From the human T2T-CHM13v2.0 reference genome, Homo sapiens: DNA of 64,000 nucleotides. This document shows positions 54,491 to 64,000 of the stretch, piece by piece (positions within the stretch are counted from its first letter, which is position 1; each line of letters opens with the position of its first letter). The stretch lies in NCBI RefSeq assembly GCF_009914755.1, contig NC_060941.1; one strand, written 5' to 3'. The notes beneath the pieces are model-generated. The model was not told the origin of the DNA and did no database searches. It was given only the letters and a program-made list of their open reading frames with translations. A program made the translations under genes and the position numbers.

Positions 54491-54504
54491 GAGCCACCTG
54501 CTGG
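54491..54504 (-). promoter_or_regulatory. Candidate CTCF core motif CCAGCAGGTGGCTC
   Basis: Close match to the CTCF consensus CCASYAGRKGGCRS in non-repetitive sequence; motif only. Confidence 0.4.
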
Positions 54505-56549
54505 AATAACTGGCTGAATTTTGCTGCCATGTTTCCACAAAATATAAATTCACTTAATATTAATTCAATTAGAAAGTTGTCAAATTTAGGGTTCCTTTTG
54601 CCCTAAATAGATATCTTTCACAAAAACTTTCAAACTACACTTGGTAATGGTAAAGAGCATTATTATATATATTTTTAAAAAGGTAGGAAGCATGAAATAA
54701 GAAGAAAAAATATTCAGTGAACATTATTATGTAATTGACATGTGAAAATACAAGAGATAGCCAAGAAATTCCAGTGACATTAGTCAGATTTTCAAAAGAA
54801 AGTTACCTATTGCTTCAAGATTGCTGTATCATTCATTTGTCAAGGATATTCACTGTAACAATTTTACCCAGAAATTATACTTAAATAGTAATTTATGTAA
54901 ATGATAATATTTTGTTAATATTAAAATGAATATGTTTTTAAAACCTGCTTGCATTAAAACCACAGGAGGTCTAATTTGGAATCAAGTGATGCAGATTCTT
55001 TTTCTTTTCCAAGCTGTTTAAAATTAACCTCTGTTACAAACTTTTACCTTTAATATTGAGTGGATGATAAATTAAAGTTTTTAGCTAAAAATTGATTAGT
55101 ATAGTATTTTTCTAGACTATGTTGTTCAGAAGTCTGTGCTAAATATAGCCACCCATTTTCCAGCCTTTGCTATAGAGTATGTATAATGAACATGAAAGAA
55201 ATGTTCTTTGATGATGCTTTTATGTTGCCTACGGTTCATCATTCTAAATATGCTCTCCGTGTGCAGCATAGAAAGTAAGTAAAAAAGATAGGAAAGATTG
55301 ATCTGAAATGTCTACTATCTCCAAGACATAGCCTGGAGTTATTTTTCTTACTGGTTCCCTGTTATCAGTTTGCTTTCTTATCACTTTCTTTATCCTCTAA
55401 AGAGTAGCATGCCTAAAGATTCTATTTAATTAAGAGTTTCAGTTCATGAAAACTATGATTTTATTTATAACTAAGTATTCTCAAGATGGTGGGAACCGTA
55501 GGTAATATGGGTAGGTGGGGAGAGTTCTGTAATTCCTGTTCAGCTGACACTATTTGATAAGTCCTTTACCAACTGCAGTTGCTTTATTTCAGATTCCCTT
55601 TGACTCACCATGGTAGATCCTCACTTAAAGCATTTTAGAATATATCAAGTCATTTACCTTAATCTATGTGACACCTAACAACAACCTTGAAAGATGTGAT
55701 TCTTATCTTTACTCTACAGGTGAGGAATGATTTTCAGAGGAGTTAAGCAAATTGTGCCATGTGGCATCCTAGTAAAAGCCTAAGGAGAGATTCAAGAACT
55801 TGCCAAGACCACGCTGAATCCCACTGAAATATCCAAGTTCTTAAAAAGAGCAAACCACTTTTCTGTGTGTTCATTTTGCACCCTTATCTCTGTGCTTACT
55901 ACATTTTAATCACCCATTTTATTTCTCTCCAAAGTCTGTATGCTCCTTCAAACCATAAACTCCTTTTTAAAAATACTCTCAGCAGTTGGCATCAAACCTG
56001 ATATTCATAAAATATGATAAATTAGTGCTTGTTGAAAGTTTGTTGAAGGAGATTTTATTATTTTTAAATAACATACATGAGATCTTATATTTGTTTATTT
56101 TATGTTTCATGGGAGTGTAGTAGTTTAGAATGAGAAAGGACAAGAAAATGATGTTTATTGAGACCCTACTATATGTCAGGTCCTCTGAGAGTACTTAACG
56201 TGCCAGCTCCTATGAAGGTGCCTTAGTCACCTAAGGTACTAATATTATGTATACATTAGAGACATGACACCATACATACATAGAGGCCATAATATACATA
56301 TGTTAGAGACAAAAAAAAAAAAAAACAGAAAGACAAAGTGGTTAGATAACTTACTCTTAAGTTACCCAAAGCATTCTAAATTATTTCTCAACATTTCTTA
56401 TCTTCTTTGAAAATCTCATCCACTTTCGTAATCTCAACCATCAATCACCTGTATGCAAGTGATGGCCAAATTTGCGTCAATCACTCCTCAATACCTCACA
56501 CTCCCAAATTGCAATTGTAAATATCCTGACTATTCTCAAGAAATAACTA

Positions 56550-57230
56550 TCAAATAACCATTTGAATAAATACCTATACTGGCAGACACTGTACTACTAG
56601 GTGCTGTATATCTACAGTGAACCAAACAATCTCTTTCTGCCTTCAGAGATTCAGGCTAATAGAAGAGTTAAGCAATACATATTGTCATGAAATCCATGAA
56701 CAAGCAATCTTCTATGATAGGACAATCGGAGGAGTCCCTAAAGGGTTAAAAATTAACATAAGATCTGAAAGAAGCCAAGGAATCAATCAAGCAAACAGTG
56801 AGAATGAAAGTGTTCCAAAGGAAGGAAAGAATACATTTGAGGGCAGGGAAGACTGCTGAAGATTTGCAGAACTGAAAGTCTGGTTGTTTGCCTGAACATA
56901 AGTGGAAGCTCCTAAAGGGTTTCAAGTAGGGCATTAAAACCATCCATTTTATGATTTTAAAAAATATTATTCTGACAATTATGTGAGGAAGAGATTAGAA
57001 CAGAACAAGAATGGAAGTGGTAAGAATCATTAGGAGACTAGTCCAGGAGTCCAGGCATGTGATTGAGACTAACTGGTGGAAGCACAGATGGAGAAAGGTA
57101 GAAGAATTAAAAACATATCTTATATTTTGATGTAAGCAAAATTTTGAATGCAAGCAAAATAAATTGATGAGTGGAAAAAAGGAGACATACTAGTCTTCTA
57201 AGTTGAGCAAATGATGAGATGGTGGTTTTC
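56550..57230 (-). mobile_element. L2 LINE fragment
   Basis: atttgaataaatacctatactggcagacactgtactactaggtgctg antisense 3' end followed by body. Confidence 0.6.
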
Positions 57231-57857
57231 TTTGGATCCTTTCTGGGAAAGTTTGTTACAAATATACCTAAGTAATATTAGGTATATTGGTTAACGAGGG
57301 GAGCTTAAGTCCAGGGAAAAGTCAAGAGGAAAGTTGGGACATGATAGATTTAGAGATCTGAGTAAAATTTAAAGCAGACTATACACTATTTCCCAGATGT
57401 CTTAACTTGCTTGTCTAAATGTTTAATATTTCATGGTTTCATTCATTAATTTTACCTAGACTTTGAATTGCATCTCAAGTGCTCATGAAGGAAAAGAATG
57501 GTGTGGTCCATTTGCATAATCTCTTCTTACCGTAAATATTCATAAATTGTGTGTGTGCTTCTCTCTTAGTGCTTACCTTATTCTACTGTTAATCTATAAG
57601 ATCTTTAAAGGTATAAATGTATAAAGAGCCAAGACTTACTCTTCTTGGTATCCACAATAGCAGTAGAGGCCCAGTAAACATTTGTTAAATGTATTATAAC
57701 TAAGTTAAATTTATGTCTCAAAAGAGAAAAAATATTCTAACCCTTTTTTTCTGAATAAGAAACTATGTATTTTGTTTAAAAAAAAGTACAGAGATAAGGT
57801 TCCATGAAGACAAGTGGTACATATTACTTGGAATCTTTCCCAAATGTCTCCAGTGCT

Positions 57858-58043
57858 TTGGCATTATCTCAATTCCCATATCTGCTTTAACAAAGCCAAT
57901 CTCTCTTCGGAAATATCCATCCACTAATAGATTGGTCAGCAAACAATCCAAGCTGTGAGCCAAAGTCAGCCCACTATGAGGCCAACTCTGTTTGCACCCA
58001 TTCTTTATAGCTTTTGCACTACAGTGGCAAAGTTAAGTAGTTG
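57858..58043 (+). repeat. Inverted duplication, donor copy (186 bp)
   Basis: Reverse complement of 61225-61410 with 5 substitutions and no gaps. Confidence 0.97.
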
Positions 58044-58100
58044 CAACAGAGACTGTATAACCTGTAAAGCCAAAAACCTCACTGTCTGGACTTTTATAGT
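57929..58100. mobile_element. MER58A (hAT-Charlie) DNA transposon remnant
   Basis: ggtcagcaaac...cactacagtggcaaagttaagtagttgcaacagagactgtataacctgtaaagccaaaaa...tctggacttttatag. Confidence 0.75.
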
Positions 58101-58311
58101 TCCAGACTCTCACACTAGTTGAATACTTTGAAAATCTTCAGGTTCTTTCTGGGAAGTTTGGTAAGACTATCTCTAAGCAGTATTAGATAATTGGAATCTT
58201 ACCATTTAGCACACTTTCATACAAAAAGTGACAGGTAATGGTTGGGATCAGAACAGAACAACATAAAGAGGGAATGGAATACAGAATAAGAAAACTTGCA
58301 GGGTAGGAGTT

Positions 58312-58843
58312 CCCAGCCATCCCATTACTGGGTATATACCCAAAGGATTATAAAACATGCTGCTATAAAGACACATGCACACGTATGTTTATTGCAGCAC
58401 TATTCACAATAGCAAAGACTTGGAACCAACCCAAATGTCCAACAATGATAGACTGGATTAAGAAAGTGTGGCACATATACACCAAGGAATACTATGCAGC
58501 CATAAAAAATGATGAGTTCATGTCCTTTGTAGGGACATGGCTGAAGCTGGAAACCATCATTCTCAGCAAACTGTCGCAAGGACAAAAAACCAAACGCCGC
58601 ATGTTCTCACTCATAGGTGGGAATTGAACAATGAGAACACATGGACACAGGAAGGGGAACATCACACACCAGGGCCTGTTGTGGGGTGGGGGGAGGGGGG
58701 AGGGATAGCATTAGGAGATATACCTATAAATGACGAGTTAATGGGTACAGCACACCAACATGGCACATGTATACATATGCAACTAACCTGCACGTTGTGC
58801 ACATGTACCCTAAAACTTAAAGTATAATTAAAAAAAAAAAAAA
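58312..58843 (+). mobile_element. 5'-truncated L1PA (PA3-5-like) 3' end
   Basis: ORF2 C-terminus ...FSLIGGN, G-rich 3'UTR, A tail; no TSD found. Confidence 0.93.
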
Positions 58844-61224
58844 CATAACGCTAAGAAGCCTTAAAAAAAAAAAAGAATCAATAACATAATTCAAAACAGA
58901 GTTGCTCAGATCAATACAACCTAGTGGAGTCATTAAATTTGTTTTTGGGTTCCTACTTCCCTACTCCACTGTTTTCTTTGAGGCCATCTCCCCAATTCTT
59001 CCCCCACCCCATTTTAAAGAGCTGTTTTCATGTTCTTAAAGGCTCATTTCAAATGCTATCTGCCTGTGAAGCCCTTTTTAATTTATCCACTCAACAAAAC
59101 TAGGTATGATAACCCATACTTGGATTCCTAGAGCATTTTGTTTGTGGAATTTACTGTGTAATGCTTATTTATTCTTCCAAGTAGATTATAAACTCTTTGA
59201 AGAGAGGTATTGCCCCTAGCATTGAAGTAGTTTAACTGAAATTAATTTATATAAGATATGAATCCACCACAATTGCCTGACAAGAATTTAGAATATGTGT
59301 ATGTTGAGAGACTGAATATACAAATGGACAATGACTGAACCACATATAACAACAGACCCACAACATCTTCAGCAACCAGCCCAGGAATAGCCTTTAACTT
59401 GAAACAGCCTCTGTTTTCATTTTCACTGCAGCCGTCTGTCTTCTACTGAAACCACGTGGCTGGTTTGATTCTGCTATTGAATCTTAGTAGAACTACTAGG
59501 CTTAGGATTGACAGGCACAGGTTTCAAAACAGTGTGCCTTGAAGACCAACTAGGAACTTTAGCAGAGCAAGGGAAGTCAAAATTTACCAGTTGTTGTACC
59601 ACAGCAAGGTACAATCCAAGAATAATGGTTTAAACCTGCCCCTGGGCTCTCCCTCATTTCAGCATACTTACTTCTTTGTCAACACTATGGATTTAGACTT
59701 CCCTTTTGCTCAAGAACACTCATCCTGTCATGCACGGCCTTGCTCAGATTTGTCATATCTGACACTTTGATTTAATGTCTGACTATGGCTCAACTCTGAC
59801 TTTGTTTCATGTCATGAATGAGATTTTAGTGCTGCTCTAAAGTCCTTCTGTTACTAACCGGGACTCAAACCCAGAGATCAGATATGCCTCCCCAGTCTCA
59901 GCATGACCTGTCTTTGTGATCCAGTCTTCACATCCATATTCTGAAGACTGAGACAAGGCAAGGACCAGCAGGCATTGAGTTAACAAAAGCAGAGCAGGCA
60001 TATACACTCCGGATCAAAGAATCAAAGTTGGAGAGAACAGCAAACAGCAGAATTCAAATGGCCAGGAAAATACAGAAGAAGCTGCCCTGTACCCATAAAA
60101 GTAGAATAAGCTGCTGATTCATTTGGGGCCTTTGCTGTCTCAGTTTCACATAATTACATCCTCCTGCATCAATCCAATGGCCCATCAGGGAAAAGGTGTT
60201 GTAACTTACTAAAATAAGAGAATTGTTCAAGGTCCCTGTGAGAAGCTAACTGGATTGTGAAACATAAATCAGGGTTCTATTGTAATAATAGATAAACAAT
60301 CTCAAAATTATTTCAGAAGCAACATGTCACATGGGGAAGCCATCACTACTGTCATGTTTGAGGTGTGTATACCCTATCAATCATTTTAATGACATTTTAC
60401 CTCTGCATGGATAGGTAAAGCATGATTAGCCTGCTGAGTTCAGTAGCAGAACCAGCCTAGGGGAAGGAAAAATGTCAAAAAGTAGAGTTACCTTGATAGA
60501 GTCATCTTAAATAACAGGCCAAGAATGCCAGTATTCTCATTTTCCCACATCTTTATTTATTTGGTTTTAGGCTTTATCAAACAATGTATATGTGGGAGGT
60601 ATGGGTGGTTCAGGAGTACATGGGGTGCTTAACCTCTTTACCCTTGAACAATTGAAAATCATCAACATAATATCAAAATACAGATACAATATGGAGATAT
60701 TTTAAAATAGTATTTACTCTGTTGATATGTAGCTTCTAAATCCAGCCAGAGGCTATCATAATAAACAAGTAACACATTCTATCACCTTTAGGAGCCATAA
60801 GTCTGAAAATATATAGGGAAACCTACAAACAGTAAATAATACAAGTTCATATGCTTCCAGTAGTAGAAAGACTGAATGCCTTAGGAAAATGATAGTGCAA
60901 TGTGTGTGTTGATATATAAGCTAGGTTCCTATAATAATTTATCCAAAGTGAACTCATTGATTGAGAGGACTTCAAGCCATACCAAGGAAATACAGAGTTT
61001 TTAAAAGAACACAATTTTTGATTAAGCCAGTTATACTTGGATTATGCTCAAGATGCAGAATATGCTTTCTTTGGTGGGTAGTATGTGACTTGAACAGTAT
61101 GGGAGATCGTCATTACCACACATCATCCTTTCTGCTGCTCTTGACAAAAGGTTTAAAGTTTTACATTCCCTATTAAGTCATTTGTACCTTCAAGAGGGTT
61201 CTACTAAATATATAGACATATGTA

Positions 61225-61410
61225 CAACTACTTAACTTTGCCACTGTAGTGTAAAAGCTATAAAGAACGGGTGCAAACAGAGTTGGCCTCATAGTTGGCT
61301 GACTTTGGCTCACAGCTTGGATTGTTTGCTGACCCATCTATTAGTGGATGGATATTTCCGAAGAGAGATTGGCTTTGTTAAAGAAGATATGGGAATTGAG
61401 ATAATGCCAA
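61225..61410 (-). repeat. Inverted duplication, inserted copy (186 bp)
   Basis: Reverse complement of 57858-58043; followed by a fold-back junction at 61411-61441. Confidence 0.97.
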
Positions 61411-63369
61411 TTATCTCAATTATCTCAATTGAGATAATGCCTAATTTATAATATCGTTTTGAGGACTGATCCTAAAAAATAAAAGTAGAAATGTAAGAAA
61501 ACAAAACAAAATAAACCAAAAACTTTATGATAAAAATATATTAATTAGATTTTTAAAATAATAATGAAAATTGGAGCAATAAAATGTTGTTTTCAGAAGT
61601 TAGTTTTTAAATTATGTTCACATAATGAACTCTTGTGAATCCATTAAAGTATTTTTGAAGACCATTTAATCACAAGATAAAACCCTTCATATAAACTTAA
61701 ATGGAAAAGGAATATTCAAAAATAATATGCAGGATGATCACAACGTATGAAGTATATATGTTTTATATCCTAGTGTGTGTAGTAAAAGAGCTGAAAGCAA
61801 TGACACATAAATGATTATCTTGCTGCAGAGAGATTATAGATAATATAATTTTCTTCATTATTTTATGGATATTCCAATTTTTATAATAAGCATACATTAC
61901 TTTCATATTTTAAAAGAATAGTAATTACACTTAAATAATACTTAAATGAGAATATATATATATATTCTTTCACCCCAGGAAGGGATTATGCCTCTAGCTG
62001 TTATTAATTAACACTTTAGAAACTAGCTAAGCATAGGGACAGGAGGATGGCATAAAGAAAGTGAAGTGAATGTATGGAGGATTCAATTCAATTAAAAAAA
62101 TAGTCCGTCACAAGTTTATAATGTTTTGCCTTTTATAAAGTGCTTTCACATACTTTATTCCATGAAGACTGTCTCAACTTTCTAGTGCACACACACATCC
62201 ACACAGGCAGACACAAAAGATATTATTAGTCATTTTAAGTGCCTAGAAGGACACATCTACCCTATTGCCCCCAAACTGAGCTGTTATAACCAGGTAAATA
62301 GCTTTCAGTGAAAAGTAACATCCATAAAAGACAATCAATGGTGGCATATTATTCTTGTTCACTCTGCTGTCTTTGGTTGCTACATGTCTCCTTGGCTCTC
62401 TATTAGAGACCAAGCTTGCCCGCTTGGAATGCCAAGCAGTATCCACATGGCTGAAGGTAACACCTTCCTTGCCTTGCTTTCAAAGTCCCACCCATAGCTG
62501 AATACATCTCCCTTATCTTGCTTTCCCTTTAATGAAAGAGCAACGTTATTACATGCTTGGATTCACCAGTGAAGGACCTGGTCCATGTTGAATGAGTGTT
62601 TTCCATGCCTACACATAAACAGGTCAGAAAAGTCTAGATCTGGATGTATAGCTTACTATATCATCACACTAGCAAAGCACCAGCTTCTGATTTCCTTTTC
62701 TTGGCTACATGCTGGAGGCCTGGTCCTGGGCCAACGACAGCTGTGCATCAATTATCACAAAGAGAGCAAGACCTTGGGGAAAGCCTGATGATTTAACGAG
62801 TGCTCAGCTGGGACTTTTTCACTTGATGTGTATCTTAGTACTGCATAGCAACTCCCTTTTAGTTCAAAACAATACATCTCCTTTAGTTTATCGGGTGATT
62901 GGCGTAATTATGAAGAAGAACAAAGATCAAATACTGTGTCCAGAAGCAGAGGGACTAGACCACATGGTAAGGCAGCAGCTAGGGAGAATGATGGAAAAGT
63001 ATCCCCTGCTTCTGAATAGCAATCCTTCTAAAAAACACCAATGAATAAATAAAAATCAGGATAGGTGACATACCTTGTTTTAAAGAGTAAGGAATCACCG
63101 TCGAGAGTGGTAAAATAACTTGCCCTAATCTACACACTTGAAGAGATATAACTACTACTTAAATAGTTTGATACTGAGTTCTAAGCTTATTTAAGTCACC
63201 TCCGTTCAGCAAAACTGTTGTATATCATCTATTAAACGTCCACTGTGAACAAGACTCTGTGTGTGTGCACATGCATGTGTGTGGGGGAGAGTAGATGCAC
63301 AGTAATAAAAAAAAGAGCTCTTTTTTTTGTGTCTTATAATGATATACATAAAACGTAATAAACATTACT

Positions 63370-63730
63370 TACTCTGGTTTGAATGTGTCCACGCACAATT
63401 CATATATTGAAATCAAATCACCAGTATGTTCCTATCAGGAGGTGGGACTGTTGGGAGATAATTAGGTCATGAGGGCAGAGCACTCATACATGGGAATAGT
63501 GCCCTTATAAAAGAGGCCGCAGAAATCTGCCTTGCCCCTTCCATCATGTGAGGATTCAGAGAGAAGTTGCCATCTGTGTACCAGGAAACAGGCTCTCACC
63601 AGATATCACATGTGCCAGCAGTTTGATCTTAAACTTCCCAGCCTCCAGAACTGTGAGAAATAAATTATTGTTGTTGATGAGCCCCATAATTAATGGTTTT
63701 TTGTTATAGCAGCCCAAGGACACTAAGACA
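63370..63730 (+). mobile_element. MLT1A (ERVL-MaLR) solo LTR
   Basis: ggtttgaatgtgtcc start; acttcccagcctccagaactgtgagaaataaatt; ends ttgttatagcagccc...ctaagaca. Confidence 0.88.
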
Positions 63731-64000
63731 TTGTATAAGTAAGACAAAATAAAATATGCAAACATATTTTATCATTGTAATGCATGGCAAAAATCTGAAC
63801 TATAATCAAATATACAATATACCGTAAGAAATTGGCCTACTCTACAAATGAAACTTAGAAATGTTTTCCCTGGACAGTTTAAATTTGTGGATTACCACTT
63901 CAAACTCACTCTTGCCATTATCCCCAGTGCACCCGTCCCACTATCATTTGGTACTGTCTTGAGGAGACCTTGAATCTGAGTCCTTCATAGCTGCTGCCTG

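Noticed and set aside
63307-63328. 22-bp palindrome A8-GAGCTC-T8
   Set aside because: Mostly homopolymer, so information content is low

Overview
AT-rich catarrhine primate (probably human or great ape) genomic DNA, intronic or intergenic and roughly half interspersed repeats. I recognise no host protein-coding exon, RNA gene or CpG-island promoter; the long ORFs in the track are LINE-1 ORF1/ORF2/ORF0 remnants, Alu/LTR artefacts or low-complexity artefacts. Main elements: (i) a full-length minus-strand L1PA6/7-type element (~7403-14945) carrying a nested MER11 (HERV-K11/HML-8) solo LTR and a nested AluY; (ii) an old ERVL provirus fragment (LTR16 plus internal sequence); (iii) an AT-rich 25-27 bp VNTR; (iv) an ERVL-type solo LTR with a perfect 5-bp TSD; (v) a 5'-truncated plus-strand L1PA4/5 (~42740-47662); (vi) many Alu, MIR, L2 and L1M fragments, a MER58A and an MLT1A. 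Repeat annotation does not explain a series of locally templated insertions and fold-backs. The clearest is a 186-bp, ~97% identical inverted duplication (57858-58043 / 61225-61410) ending in a multi-switch palindromic junction; smaller cases lie at ~272-329, 2761-2820, 15057-15095, 39267-39343, 51595-51782 and 57261-57288. Also notable: an ORF0-homologous frame in the L1 antisense promoter facing a candidate 40-nt micro-exon built from a copied L1 fragment, a chimeric AluY/AluS, a tailless Alu, and a TSD-less L1 with a double poly(A). Repeat subfamily calls come from remembered consensus sequences, and boundaries of old repeats are approximate.
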